From Octopus vulgaris (Eukaryota), in the NCBI GenBank assembly GCA_951406725.2, contig OX597814.1:5766001-5830000 (forward strand): 64,000 bases of DNA, written 5' to 3'. Both the position numbers and the translations under genes were made by a program. Numbering within the stretch: the stretch's first letter is position 1; the number at the start of each line of letters is the position of its first letter. The notes below the pieces were generated by a model, which worked only from the letters and a program-made list of their open reading frames with translations, did not search any database and was not told where the DNA came from. Below, in pieces: positions 39,879 through 53,518 of this stretch.

Positions 39879-40987
39879 TGCAAATGTTTACAAAGTTTAT
39901 CAATGCAACAGAGACATGGGGATCCACAGAAAACGGCTGAAGGTGTCCCACCAAAATAAAGAATCCAACGTAGAGATCCTCTTCAGACGAGCATCGAAAG
40001 TTTCGGTTGATGTTTACATATTGACCCGGAAATGAAAATCTCCCCCCAAAAAGATACTGGAATGGGTTTCGGTTAATGGACCACATCGGAGGAGATAAGT
40101 CATTCATTCGGTGACCTTAGCAGGTGGTTTGTTTTTTTATATATATAATGGCCGAGAGAAAACAATGTAATTAAGGTGATTGATTAAAAATAATTGCTTG
40201 ATTAAACTAATTATCTATGAAAATATGCAGTTAATTTTTTAAAATATTTCTTATCTTTATTTTGTAGATACGGTAAAACAAATATATCAAAATGATTAAC
40301 AGAAAAATGAAATTTTTGAATACCCCTTCACTACACTGTGTGTGTGTGTAGAGTAATCCCTCCACTATCGCGGGTGTTACGTTCCAAAAAAAAACCCCGC
40401 GAAAGGTGAAAATCCGCGAATTAGAAACAATACTGTGCTGTCTATTTTTATAATTATTTTAATAATTCGTATATATGGGCGGAAGTCTTTCCTATATTTA
40501 TTTTATTGTAAATACAAAGCGACACCACGGAGGAATCGGCGTAAGCTTAAATAACAAACCACATGGCTAGGATAAAAGTCTAATATCTACTCTTAACAAT
40601 TCAATATATATAACTTTGTTAATTTTATCAAAACAAAAAAAAAAAAAAGATTCTATCTATATTATTGTAATTTCCAGCTACGAAAACATTGAAATTTCGT
40701 CAGAAATGGATTTTTCAAGAGGAATAAAGTCACCAAACTGCAACAGACAAGTTCACTGATTAATAAATTATCGATACAATTAATTTAATATACACGTATT
40801 TTTCTATTTGCACCCATTTGACAGGCTTACTGTAATCTAGGGACGCACAAAATAATTGTTGCAATTTGCAATAATTCAGTGAAAAGGAATCTATTTCATG
40901 TGGTCATTCGAAAACTTGCCCAAGTTTTGTAGAAAGTTTAGTAAAAAATGTGATTTTGCTATGCAAAGAAAATATAAAGTAACAAAC

Positions 40988-41115
40988 CAGTCGTCCAATT
41001 CGATTAGAATCTTCTTTTTTTCTTTGTTAAGTGTGTCTGCTTTCGCTTTGAGGATGTTTGAGTAATTAAGGAGACACTGTTCAAGATGTTGTACATCGAT
41101 ATTTAATGAAGCCAT
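40988..41115 (-). CDS. Conserved uncharacterised protein (At3g12210/zgc:112496-like, HhH glycosylase-like fold), exon 1
   Basis: ATG at 41115, MASLNIDVQHLEQCLLNYSNILKAKA...LIELDDW, donor GACTG|gtttgt in phase 2. LxELDxW is the family N-terminal motif. Confidence 0.75.
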
Positions 41116-41295
41116 TTCTGCCGCCAAATCAGCAACAAGGGGCAGCGACCGACCTCTTCCCGCAAAAAACGAAAATATACTGTGAGAAACTCTACCAATA
41201 TATATATATTGACACTGATATAAAATACTGTAATAAACGGTGGAAAAGGAAAGTAATTTAGAAAAGCAAACAATAAGAAAATAGAAAAGCAAAAG

Positions 41296-41839
41296 GATCT
41301 TTTCGGTTTGACCGGCAGTTTTTTAAAATAATTTCCACGTAACTAAACACTTTTAAACTTCGTATACTGGTAGAATGTGTTTATAAAACATCTTTTTCTC
41401 TTGGCTTTATTGAGAAAATTCTATGGTTTGTAAGATATTTGTTGTTGTTTTTTTCTTCAATTTCTGCAATTTCAACCAATCAATGACGTCTATTGAGGTA
41501 AAAAAAAAAACCATTCTGTGCCGTATGAATATGTCCCTCGTTTAAGAAACAGTTTGGGTTTATTTACATTTGTGAAGAAAAAAAAAGATACCCTTCCCCC
41601 CACCCCTAACCGTAACCCTAAAACAGATTGAAATGCAATAGTTTAATCAGGACTTATCTCCTCCGATGTGGTCCATTAACCGAAACCCATTCCAGTGTCT
41701 TTTTTTTTGGGGGGGGGGGATTTTCATTTCCGGGTCAATATGTAAACATCAACCGAAACATCGATACTAGGGTCATAATTATGGGTGACAATTTCATATG
41801 ACACCGCGAGAAAAAACTGCCGTTCAAACCGAAAAGATC
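41296..41839. mobile_element. TIR DNA element (GATCTTTTCGGTTTGA termini)
   Basis: About 28-bp inverted termini; related internal sequence at about 25240-25450. Confidence 0.7.
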
Positions 41840-42489
41840 AACTGTAATAAACAGTGAAAAAGAAAAGTAATTTACAAAAGCAAACAATAAGAAAATAGAA
41901 AAATAAACAATTAATTAAAATATATGTGTACACTTTTTTCTTTCTTTTTTTTTTTTTTTTTGTTGCTAAATAAAAATCTTCCTTCTTTACGCATCCGTAA
42001 ATGAGTTACTCGTAGTAATAAGGCACTGAAAAAGGTGTTCTTTCGAGTGTCATCTGATACGTCAACGAGGTGCGATACCTACCAACTTCTCAAAAGTCAC
42101 ATGTTGTAATATATACCCTACAGATTATGGCATTTCAATGTCTCTGTTCAGCTACGAATATAGGAGGTGGTGGGGCAAAATGAGGTGTCTTTATTGCATT
42201 TTTTCCAAAAGTTTTTTTTTTTTCCAAATGTTCCCTACTATATCAGCTCAACAGATGAACCTCCCTAAATACATTAAAAGCATTTTAACATAATCTGACC
42301 AACATTTCAGAAAATTATCACCGTTCTCTTTGGGCATTTGAAAGACAAATTTGGCGGGGACAAAATGAGTAAGACAAGATAATATAAATTTACTGCTTCA
42401 GTTCTCCAGGAAACAGACTCACAGACATAAATATCGATCCATGGACATGAGAATCAGACATGCCAAAACAAAAACAAAAAAAATTATGT

Positions 42490-42890
42490 AGGCGCAGGAG
42501 TGGCTGTGTGGTAAGTAGCTTGCTAACCAACCACATGGTTCCGGGTTCAGTCCCACTGCGTGGCATCTTGGGCAAGAGTCTTCTGCTATAGCCCCGGGCT
42601 GACCAATGCCTTGTGAGTGGATTTGGTAGACGGAAACTGAAAGAAGCCTGTCGTATATATGTATATATATATATATATATGTTTGTGTGTCTGTGTTTGT
42701 CCCCCTAGCATTGCTTGACAACCGATGCTGGTGTGCTTACGTCTCTGTTACTTAGCGGTTCGGCAAAAGAGACCGATAGAATAAGTACTGGGCTTACAAA
42801 AGAATAAGTCCCGGGGTCGAGTTGCTCAACTAAAGGCGGTGCTCCAGCATGGCCGCAGTCAAATGACTGAAACAAGTAAAAGAGTAAAAG
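42490..42890 (+). mobile_element. tRNA-derived SINE
   Basis: Full copy of the 35174 family. Confidence 0.85.
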
Positions 42891-44024
42891 AGAGAGAGAG
42901 GTCAAATGAAAGAGGGTGAGGAGAAAATAGTGATATGGAATTAAGGAAACTCGACTAAATGAAACAAAACCAAACAACCTAAAATATTCTCTGTAGCTCC
43001 TTTACCATTTGCTGGAGTGTCTCCTGTTGCCATATATTTACTCACCATGCAGTTAAAGAGAAAAAATTATTGAAATTAATCGTTACTCATTTTACCCCGT
43101 TTTAGCCATCAACTTTTGAAACTTGAAAATTATCAATTTAGACATTTAGTGTAGGAAAAAATTGACTTTGAATCCAACATAGAAAAGACTATTGATTGTT
43201 CAACATCAAAAATTAACCGGATCTCTCAAAGGAGATGGAACACGTGGAAGCTGGAGATCCAGGAAGACACAGGATGAAGTACTGAACAATGACTTCAGGA
43301 TACCGAATGTTTCAGGCGAGCTGACAAAGGCCTGAGATGCCTGATGCCTTGCTCTAGAGGACCCGTACATCACAACAGAAACGTTAAGACCGGTTCCTCC
43401 GGTGTAAAGTACTCGTGCTGCTGCGATGTAAAAGTGCCCTTGCAATGCCACATAAAAGCACCCAGCACACTTTGTAAAGTGGTTGGCATTAGGAAAAACG
43501 TCCGACTGTAGAAACCATGCTGAAGTAGACTGGAGCCTGGTCCTGCTGCCCAGCTTGCCAGCTCTGGTTTAAACTGTCCAACACATACCTGCATGGACAA
43601 TAGATGTTAAATGATGATAGTCTATTTGCAATTTCAATTACAATCATGTCAACGAGGAAAACTTTCTTAATAATAAAGAGGACCTGCCACCTGACTATAT
43701 TTCCAGGCTTCCTCAACAGCAACAACTATGCTGGTCAATTTTTACCCCTAAGTATATAATGTGGCAATACTTGCAATGTAAGGATTTCAAACAGGGAGGG
43801 AGAAATCAGAAGTTACTCATTTTGCACCAGTTAATAATTTTACAGCCCACAATCCTAATTCTGTTACGTGTAGTAAATGGGGGCTAACATTGGGATCACA
43901 TTCAAGGTATTTAACTCTGGCTCATCATTCTTTTCCCCCTTATTCCTGGACAATCTCAGGGTTAAGGGGATTTTTACTCTGGCTGGTGGTAGTTTAATCA
44001 AATTAGGTTCCACAATGACAACTC

Positions 44025-44880
44025 ATTCATCATCATCATCGTTTAACGTCCACTGTCCATGCTAGCATGGGTTGGACGATTTTGACAGGGCTGGCAAACC
44101 AAATGGCTGCACCAGGCTTCAATCGTGGTCTGGCAGAGTTACTACAGCTGGATGCCCTTCCTAATGCCAACCACTCCGAGAGTGTAGTGGGTGCTTTTAA
44201 GTGCCACCACCACAGGGCCAGTCAGGCAGTACTGGCAACAACCTTGCTCAAATCTTTTACACATGCCACCGGCACAGGTGCCAGTAAGGCAATGCTAGTA
44301 ATGATCATGCTCGAATGGTGTCTTTTACGTGCCACCAGCACGGGGGCTAGATAGCCACTCTGGCAATGATCACGTTCGAATGGTGCTCTTAATGCCCTAC
44401 TAGCACGGGGCTCAAGTGCCAGTAAGGCAATGCTGGTAATGATCACGCTCGAATGGTGCCGTTTAAGTGCCACTGGCACGGAAGCTGGTTAGCCGCTCCA
44501 TCAATGATCACACTCGTATGGCGCTCTTTGCACCCTGCTAGCACGGATGCCAGTCATCGATTTTGATTTTGATTTCACTTGCCTTAATAGGTCTTCGCAA
44601 GCAGTGTCCAAAGAAGGAAAAGGTACGCATAAGTGGGCTGGTTACGCCCCTGGCATAGGCCACGAGGTTATGGTCTCATTTGGCTTGCCGGGTCTTCTCA
44701 CGCATGGCATATTTCCAAAAGTCTCGGTCACTAGTCATTTCCTTGGTGAGGCCTAAAGTTCGAAGGTCGTGCTTCACCACTTCATCCCAGGTCTTCCTGG
44801 TTCTACCTCTTCCACAGGTTCCCTCAAGCGCTAGGGTGTGGCACTTTTTCAGACAGCTGTCCTCATCCATTCTCGCCACA
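44025..44880 (-). mobile_element. RTE LINE 3' fragment
   Basis: VARMDEDSC.KKCHTLA.EGTCGRGR.RKTWDEVVKHDL matches the 33.7-kb element; same 3' UTR with GGATGCCCTTCCT. Confidence 0.85.
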
Positions 44881-46552
44881 TACATTATACATACACCAAT
44901 ATACATTCTTCTATGTATATTGTCTCCAGCTCTGGATCTTTCTCTCTCATACGTTCCATTCACATTTAGTGATTGGCACTTTATCAAAAACATTTTTTTC
45001 ATGTTGAAAATGTGTTTTGATTGTGTATTCTCCCAAACTGTGTCAATGTACCCTCTTCTGCACCTTTGTAAAAATTAATTCACCTTTTTGTTGGTGTTAA
45101 TTCGTGTTGGAAAGGAGAGAATGTTGCTCACTAACTAAAGAGGAGTCAACGTGAATGGAAGAAAGGAAACAGAAAAAGATAGGAGCATTTAGATAAACCA
45201 AGATTCATCATCATCGTTTAACATCCGCTTTCCATGCTGGCATGGATTGGACGGTTTGATGGAGGATTGGTAAGCCAGGAGGCTGCACCAGGCTCCAGTC
45301 CGATCTGGCAGTGTTTCTACAGCTGGATGCCCTTCCTAATGCCAACCACTCCAAGAGTGTAGTGTAATGGGTGCTTTTTACATGCCACTGGCACGAGGGC
45401 CAGTCAAGCAGTACTGGCATCGAAAAGACTCAAATTGTGCCTTTTATGTGCCACCAGCATGGATGCCAATCAAGCAGACTGGCATCAGCCTCAACAATTA
45501 TTTCACTTGAGTCAACAACACAATTTATTGCCCAATGATTGAAGGGTCATATTGGTAAATGTTACAATGGGTAAAAGAACTGAGTTGAACATTGACCAGG
45601 CTTTCTAAATTCTCTTGAATTGTGAAAGGTGTCGTTGCCAGTGCCACCCTACTTGCTCCCATGCTAGTGGCACATAAAAGTACCATTTGAGTGTGGTTAT
45701 TGCCAGTGCAACCTAACTGGCTCCTATGCTGCTGGCATGTAAAAAGCACCCACTATGCTACACTCTTGCAGTGGTTGGCGTTAGGAAGGGCATCCAGCTG
45801 TAGAAACACTGCCAGATCAGACTGGAGCCTGGTGCAGCCTTCTGGCTTATCAATCCTCAGTCAAACCGTCCAACCCATGCTAGTATGGAAAGCAGATATT
45901 AAACAATGATGATGAGATGGCAAGAATCTGAATGAGGGATTAACACTCAATTCCTAAGAATAAAAACAAAATATGTCAATAGAGCTCAATAATATAGATA
46001 TTCTTGAGCAATTGTTTGAAAAGGGAGAGCATTTGAAAGATGTCAAAATAGAAAGGAAGAATTCAAAGAATAGTTCCACTGCAACATATTGTGTCTAAGA
46101 TGAATGGTTGAGTATTTAAATTTCCAATTTGGTACTACTGACTTTAAGATCTCTGATGTCCTCAATCATCAGGTTTAGGATCACAAGGATTGTACTGATG
46201 GAACATTTGAAGCAAGCATACATAACTAAGGTACCACACATTCAAATCAGGCCCTATCCAAGCAATATCATCAACACCCAAATAGTGCAGGATTGAGTGG
46301 GTCACCCTGATGTACTGCCGAGGCTGAGAATGAACAGCTCATTAAAAGAGAAATAAGTGGGTTCTTGATAAACATGTGAAATAAAAGGGCAGAGTCCTGG
46401 AATTGTCTCTTAAATTGAGCTGAGAATGACATCATGACTGAGTAAATTTTGCTTTTGAAATCAGGTTTAAGATCTACCTTGAGGACTCAGCTTATGAACA
46501 GATAATTAGCAACCCAATTTAGTGCCAACCACAGATCAATTAGTCAGTCATT

Positions 46553-46922
46553 TTACTTGTTTCAGCCATGCTGGAGCACCGCCTTTAGTCGAGCAAATCG
46601 ACCCCGGGACCTATTCTTTGTAAGCCCAGTACTTATTCCATCGGTCTCTTTTGCCGAACCACTAAGTGATGGGGACGTAAACACACCAGCATCGGTTGTC
46701 AAGTAATGCCAGGGGGACAAACACACACACACAAACATATTCACACACATACATATATATGACAGGCTTCTTTCAGTTTCCGTCTACCAAATCCACTCAC
46801 AAGGCTTTGGTTGGCCCGAGGCTATAGTAGAAGACACTTGCCCAAGATGCCACGCAGTGGGACTGAACCCGGAACCATGTGGCTGGTTAGCAAGCTACTT
46901 ACCACACAGCCACTCCTGCGCC
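46553..46922 (-). mobile_element. tRNA-derived SINE
   Basis: Reverse copy of the 35174 family. Confidence 0.85.
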
Positions 46923-47282
46923 TGGTGTTAATTAAAAATAATAATAATAATAATAATAAAAAAGCAGGTGGAAGATCATTGACGAGCATTGGATGACAGT
47001 CAACTGCTGTGAGCCACAGACCACAAGGAGGCTTAAAGAGAGCAAATGGCTTAGCACTAGAGAATGAAGCTGGTATGGGAGGATGAGACATCCTCAAAAA
47101 AGCCAGTGTCACCAGGCAACAGGTAAATAGCATCTTTGAGATGTTAAGAGATAAAAGTCATCAATTCTAGGATCAGAGGAAAGGAAGTCTTGTCTTTTTT
47201 GACATTAGATAAAGACCGGCTGAGTCACCCAGGCCACTGCAAACAAACATCTGGAGTAACAAGCAAATGTTACCTTCTGTAA

Positions 47283-47617
47283 TCTCTCTCTATATAAACA
47301 GCAAAATGTCTGTGTGTCTGTGTGTCCTTTATACAAATCCACAATTTTTCAGTTAGAGGGCTCGCACTTTCTATGGTCATTCAAAACTGTCCAAGGGTGG
47401 TCGTGCACATCTTTACATTTCCCCAGTCACCCTGCAAAGCCATTAAGAAATCAATAGAAGTGACTTTTTGGTGAATTTTCTATCCAAAACCCAATCAAAA
47501 TGCCCGAAACTTGAAACGCCAATTGAATGCCAGCTAGTTGTATGTGATTGGTCGGAGATTTGGACAGTACTCACGTGTATGTGCGCACGCACGCAGCTGC
47601 ATATATGCATGCACTAG
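47283..47617 (+). mobile_element. Helitron 5' end (same 5' type as 21045-21416); 3' end uncertain
   Basis: TCTCTCTCTATATAAACAGCAAAATGTCTGTGTGTCTG start. Confidence 0.45.
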
Positions 47618-49179
47618 CAATATTTTTTTATTGTTTTACTTGTTTCAGTCATGTGACTGTGGCCATGCTGGAGCACTGCCTTAAAGAGTTTTTAGTCGAA
47701 TAAATCAACCCCAGGACTTATTCATTGTAAGCCTGACACTGATTCTGTTGGTCTCTTTTGCCGAACTGCTATACTGAACAAGATTTAATAAAAAGGAGAG
47801 AGAGGATGGATTGCTGTTTCAATGCCATGCTTGCTGAATTCTCATTACTGGGCCCATGGTATTTGTTGCAGCAGACCGATACAAGTTTCAAGAATGAAAC
47901 CATGCCCATTATAATAATAAAACCCCTGCTTGCTAATTTATCGAGCCTTTTGAAAAAGGTTAAGGGAGTAAAGCCCTGTGGAGAATCTAGAGCGAGAGAG
48001 CCTAAGGCCGATATGCACAGTTATACTTCATCAATGTCTGGCATCTCATGTTGCTCAGTGTCTGGTGTGTATGTATTGACTTTTGTTTGATTCATGGTCT
48101 ATCCATGAGTGGAGAGATCGTTAGAATCATCATCATCGTTCGACCGTGGTCGAGACAATGGAATTTACTATGTTACGCCAAACTTCACGGTCCATCATGG
48201 CATTACTGAGGTCTTGTTGCTGGATGCCTGTATCCCTGGAGATTACATCAGGGTAGGAGAGTGTGCGCCCTCTGGTATTGCGAGTAGATGGTTTCCAGAG
48301 AAGAGTAGAAATTACTTCTTTTTCAGCTCTACAACAATGTCCAGCAAACTGGACTCTTCTCTGTTTCACAAGAGATGATACAGGTGGTAGTTTCCCATAT
48401 ATTTGTACTTTGGCTGATGCCCTTACCTCTGGAAATAACCCAGGCACAGCAGAGGTGGTTAAGTTACTGTCTCTGCAATACCTATTTCTTTATTACCCAC
48501 AAGGGGCTAAACACAGAGGGGACAAACAAGGACAGACATAGGTATTAAGTCGATTACATCAACCCCAGTGCTTAACTGGTACTTAATTTATCAACCCCGA
48601 AAGGATGAAAGGCAAAGTCGACCTCGGCGGAATTTGAACTCACAACGTAACGCAGACGAAATACCGCTAAGCATTTTGCCTGGCGTGCTAACGTTTCTGC
48701 CTGTCTCTGCAATACCATTGACTAGCAGCGTAAAAGGCCAACGAAAACCACACACATATGGACATGGACGTAACCTATATTGACCTGACAACTGTGGTTC
48801 CAATTCTTTCTTGTGTCCTTCTTTTCCATCTTAGCCCAAATTAACTAAATTGTCTTTCCATCTTGGTGGAAGCCTTCCCACTGTTCTCTTCTCACTGCCC
48901 ACTTTCACCAGTTGTCCATTCTCAAATGACCTCATTTCGGATATGCTCATGCAACAATATTCTTAACATGGATCTTTCCATGTTCCTTTGTGCTGAGGCC
49001 AATCAGTGATGGCCTTCCCTCTTCGTAGTAGGCCAAGTCTCACTTGCACATAAATATGCAGGTAGTGAGCACTGGCATCCGTTGCTAGTGGAGCGCTAAG
49101 AGTACCATACATGTGAGATCGTTCACAGAGCAACAAACTGGCCTTCGTGTCGATGGCACCATTTAGCGTGACCATTACC

Positions 49180-50070
49180 GTGTCACCTTACTAGCACTTG
49201 TGTTGGTGGCATGTGAAACATTCGAGCAAGGTCATCGCCAAATTAATAATGGTTCAGGTGTGCACACACGACAGAGTGTAAGTGCCCCGAGGAAAAAGTT
49301 GGAGACAAGAAGAATCAGATGTGGTGTGCATGAGAGGCGACTGCACTGGTATGGTCAGGTATGGATGAGGGGAGCTGTGTGAAGAAGTGTCACTCCCTAA
49401 TAGTGGAAGGAACCCGTGGAAGAGGGAGACCCAGGAAGACATTGGATGTGGTGGTGAAGCACGACCATTGAACGTTGGGCCTCACAGAGGCAATGTCAAG
49501 AGACTGAGACCTCTGGAGATATGTCGTGATTGAGAAGACCTGGCAAGGAAAGTGAGATCACAGCCGTAGCCTACACCAGTGTTGCATACCCAGCCCATTT
49601 CAAAAAGTACCTGTGGATCATCAGGCGACAATAGGTTTGAGGAAACCTATTGAGTTAAATCAAAATCAAATCACAATCAAACGGAAATTGTAGTTGTGGT
49701 CGATGCCAGTGCTGTTGGCATGCAATAAGCGCCATTCATGCCTGACTGGCTCCCTGTGCTAGTGACGTGTAAAAAGTAACATCCAAACATGATCGATGCC
49801 AGCCCCTGCCTTGACTGGCTCCTGCTCCCATGGCACGTAAAAAGCACCATCCAAACGAGTTATTGCCAGTGCCGCCTGACTGACTCCTGTGCCGGTGGCA
49901 CGTAAAAAGCACCCATTACACTCTTGGAATGGTTGGAATTAGGGAGGGCATCCAACTGTAGAAACATAACCAGATCAGATTAGAGCCTGGTGTGGTTTCC
50001 TGGCTTGCCTGTCCCCAGTCAAACCGTCTAACCCATGCCAGCATGGAAAACGGACGTTAAATGATGATGT
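49180..50070 (+). mobile_element. Degenerate RTE LINE 3' fragment
   Basis: RRLHWYG and GR.RKT remnants, 3' UTR and (ATG)n tail. Confidence 0.75.
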
Positions 50071-50850
50071 TTCAAATTTTGGCACAAGGCCAGCAATTTC
50101 AGGGGAGGGGCTACGTTGATTACATTGATTACTTATTTAATTGATCCCCAAAAGAATGAAAGGCTAATTGACCCTAACAGAATTTGTACTGAGAATATAA
50201 AGATTACTATTCTTTTCTACTCTAGGTCCGAAATTTTGGGGGAAGGGGTCAGTCGATTAGATCGACCTCAGTACCCAACAGGTACTTAATTTATCAATCC
50301 CAAAAGGATAAAAAGCAAAGTCGACCTCGGTGTTATTTGAACTCAGAATGTAAAGACAGAGGAAATACTGCTATCGTGGTCTTGTTTATTGAAAATAAAT
50401 ACACACTGAATTAATTGTTGCTTTATGTGTGTGTATTAATTACACGACATAATGACGAGTGTCATAGGTGAGATATTTGTATTATTTTCCCGTTATAGGA
50501 GGCTACTAAACTGAAGCAAATTAAAAAGAAAATATTCTTGTAACAGAGTATATGCACAAAGTCAATATATTTCGTCGTTTCTAATTCTACTTGCACTTCT
50601 GAAGTGTAAAAAAATGTGTCTTTCCTTATTTTTAAGAAGCTAAGTGTGATTTGAGTGAGATTTCGCTGCCATTTTTAGCAGGATGACCGACCTGGGGCTT
50701 CTCCGGTCAGCTTTGTCTCACTGTAGATAAAGGGAGGTAAACCGGTTATTGTTTTCCTAGCAAAGGAGGTTGTAATAGCTTGCATCTCTCTCTCACACTC
50801 TCTTTCATACTTTGCACCTACTCACACTCACTCTCTCTCTTACACTTACT

Positions 50851-51200
50851 CTCACTCACTATCTCTCACTCTGCCCTCACTGTCAGCGCTACGCTTCCTC
50901 CCCTGTGTTTCTTCCTTACTCTCACTCGCTATCTCTCACTCCTCCCTCACTGTCAGTGCTACGCTTCCTCCCCTCTGTTTCTTCCTTACTCTCACTCGCT
51001 ATCTCTCCCTCCTCCCTCACTGTCTTTGCTACGCTTCCTCCCCTGTGTTTCTTCCTTACTCTCACTCGCTATCTCTCACTCCTCCCTCACTGTCAGCGCT
51101 ACGCTTCCTCCCCTCTGTTTCTTCATTACTCTCACTCGCTATCTCTCACTCCTCCCTCACTGTCTGTGCTACGCTTCCTACCCTGTCTTTCTTCCTTACT
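50851..51200. repeat. 70-bp pyrimidine-rich minisatellite, about 5 copies, upstream of ABCE1
   Basis: ctcactcgct recurs at 50921, 50991, 51061 and 51131. Confidence 0.9.
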
Positions 51201-51402
51201 CTTTCTCCCCCGCCGTGGCACCCCTCCCTCACTGACTCTCTCTCTATCGCTCTCTCCGTCGCTCTCTCTCTCTTTCCTTACCACATGGTATCACTGTAGC
51301 CATATTGTAGACCAGGCTACATTCATCTTCTTTAAACTCACCTTTACCTGATTATTATCGTCGCCAGAATACGTGCAAAGGAGACAAGAGGAAGACGGAA
51401 CA

Positions 51403-53229
51403 ATGTCGAAACGTGGAAGTTGTAATAAAGAGGATAAACTGACGAGGATCGCCATCGTCAGCAACGACAAATGCAAACCAAAGAAATGCCGGCAAGAATG
51501 CAAGAAGAGCTGTCCTGTCGTCCGAATGGAGAAATTGTGTATAGAAGTGTGTCCCAGTGATAAAATCGCCTACATTTCTGAAGAACTGTGCATTGGATGT
51601 GGTATATGTGCCAAGAAATGTCCGTTCGAGGCGATAACCATCATCAATCTGCCGAGTAATCTGGAGAAGGACACCACTCACAGGTACAGTGCCAATTCGT
51701 TTAAACTTCATCGTCTCCCGATTCCCCGACCGGGAGAAGTTCTTGGTTTGGTCGGTACCAACGGTATCGGTAAATCTACCGCTCTCAAAATCCTGGCAGG
51801 TAAACAAAAACCCAACCTGGGACGGTACAACGATCCTCCCGACTGGACGGACATCTTGACGTATTTTCGCGGTTCCGAGTTGCAAAACTACTTCACCAAG
51901 ATTCTCGAAGACAACATCAAAGCCATCATAAAGCCTCAATACGTCGACCAAATACCCAAAGCTGTTAAGGGTTCCATTCAACAGCTTTTGGATAAAAAAG
52001 ACGAAAGAGAAAACCAGGACGAAGTGTGCTGTCAGCTGGATTTGACCCGGGTTCGAGACCGAAACGTGGAGGACCTGTCTGGCGGGGAACTGCAGAGGTT
52101 CGCTTGTGCCATGGTATGTATTCAAAGAGCTGATATATTTATGTTTGATGAACCATCCAGTTATTTAGATGTGAAGCAACGTCTAAAAGCTGCCCAAGCC
52201 ATCCGATCTCTGATCCACCCTGATAAATATATAATCGTTGTTGAACATGACTTGTCAGTGCTGGACTACCTCAGTGATTTCATCTGTTGCCTGTATGGAG
52301 TACCCGGAGCATATGGGGTGGTCACCATGCCGTTCAGTGTCCGAGAAGGGATCAATATCTTCCTCGATGGATTCGTTCCCACAGAGAACTTACGTTTTCG
52401 GGAGACTTCTTTGACTTTTAAAGTGGCAGAAACTGCCATGGAGGAAATTGTGAAACGTTCGTGTCGTTATGATTACGGCAATATGGAGAAACGGTTGGGT
52501 AACCATTTCCATCTTACCATCAAAGCCGGGCAGTTTTCGGACTCTGAAATCCTTGTCATGCTGGGAGAAAACGGGACTGGTAAGACGACATTTATTAAGA
52601 TGTTGGCCGGTAGATTACAACCTGATTCTGGGGACTCCTTACCCTTGTTAAATGTCAGTTATAAACCTCAGAAAATCAGTCCCAAACATCAAGGGACTGT
52701 AAGACAGCTGCTCCACGAAAAGATTCGGGACTGTTACGTGCACCCCCAGTTTGTGGCCGATGTAATGAAACCTTTACAGATTGAAAGTATTATTGATCAG
52801 GAGGTACAGAATTTATCTGGTGGTGAATTACAACGTGTTGCATTGACTCTTTGTTTGGGCAAACCTGCCGATGTCTACCTGATTGATGAACCGTCTGCCT
52901 ACCTGGATTCAGAACAACGTCTCCACGCTGCCAAAGTCATCAAACGTTTCATCATGCATGCCAAAAGGACAGCTTTTGTTGTGGAACATGACTTTATCAT
53001 GGCCACCTACCTGGCCGACCGTGTGATAGTGTTCGAAGGGAAGCCTTCTGTCGACACTTTGGCGAATTCCCCGCAATCCTTGTTAAAAGGTATGAATGAT
53101 TTCTTACAATCTTTGGATATTACTTTTAGAAGGGACCCAAATAATTTCAGGCCAAGAATTAACAAGTTGAACTCTGTCAAAGACGTGGAGCAAAAGAAGA
53201 GTGGTAACTACTTTTTCCTGGAAGACTGA
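51403..53229 (+). CDS. ABCE1: ATP-binding cassette sub-family E member 1 (RNase L inhibitor / ribosome recycling factor), single-exon 608-aa ORF
   Basis: N-terminal 2x[4Fe-4S] Cys cluster ([16 protein letters not shown]...[13 protein letters not shown]), two ABC domains (GTNGIGKS and GENGTGKT, two LSGGE, two DEPS, two VVEHD) and the canonical C-terminus GNYFFLED. First ATG at 51403. Confidence 0.97.
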   Translation: MSKRGSCNKEDKLTRIAIVSNDKCKPKKCRQECKKSCPVVRMEKLCIEVCPSDKIAYISEELCIGCGICAKKCPFEAITIINLPSNLEKDTTHRYSANSFKLHRLPIPRPGEVLGLVGTNGIGKSTALKILAGKQKPNLGRYNDPPDWTDILTYFRGSELQNYFTKILEDNIKAIIKPQYVDQIPKAVKGSIQQLLDKKDERENQDEVCCQLDLTRVRDRNVEDLSGGELQRFACAMVCIQRADIFMFDEPSSYLDVKQRLKAAQAIRSLIHPDKYIIVVEHDLSVLDYLSDFICCLYGVPGAYGVVTMPFSVREGINIFLDGFVPTENLRFRETSLTFKVAETAMEEIVKRSCRYDYGNMEKRLGNHFHLTIKAGQFSDSEILVMLGENGTGKTTFIKMLAGRLQPDSGDSLPLLNVSYKPQKISPKHQGTVRQLLHEKIRDCYVHPQFVADVMKPLQIESIIDQEVQNLSGGELQRVALTLCLGKPADVYLIDEPSAYLDSEQRLHAAKVIKRFIMHAKRTAFVVEHDFIMATYLADRVIVFEGKPSVDTLANSPQSLLKGMNDFLQSLDITFRRDPNNFRPRINKLNSVKDVEQKKSGNYFFLED

Positions 53230-53518
53230 AGTACCTCTTATGTTTCTGGACGAAATTGTTCTGACTGAAGAATAACTAAAAACGGAAAGGATACCCCCCA
53301 CCACGACAAAGAATTTGATTTAAAGAGGAAAATTTAACATTTCTGAATATAAAACTTGTAATTATTTCAGCTGTCGATGCTTACATTAATTACCAAAGTG
53401 TGGATTGTAAGCTGAAATCCCAGCTGTCCTGTTTGGGGTTTTCTTCTGGATCTGGACATAACAGCAGGAAAATAATGTCATTTTTACTGTACATGTTTTG
53501 ATTTGGACGGAAGTAGAC

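Noticed and set aside
50780-51351. Leu/Ser-rich ORFs
   Set aside because: Translation of the 70-bp minisatellite.
51373-51402. GTG-initiated extension of ABCE1
   Set aside because: Eukaryotic gene; the ATG at 51403 gives the normal length.
51355-52125. 256-aa antisense ORF
   Set aside because: Shadow of the ABCE1 coding frame with no independent motifs.
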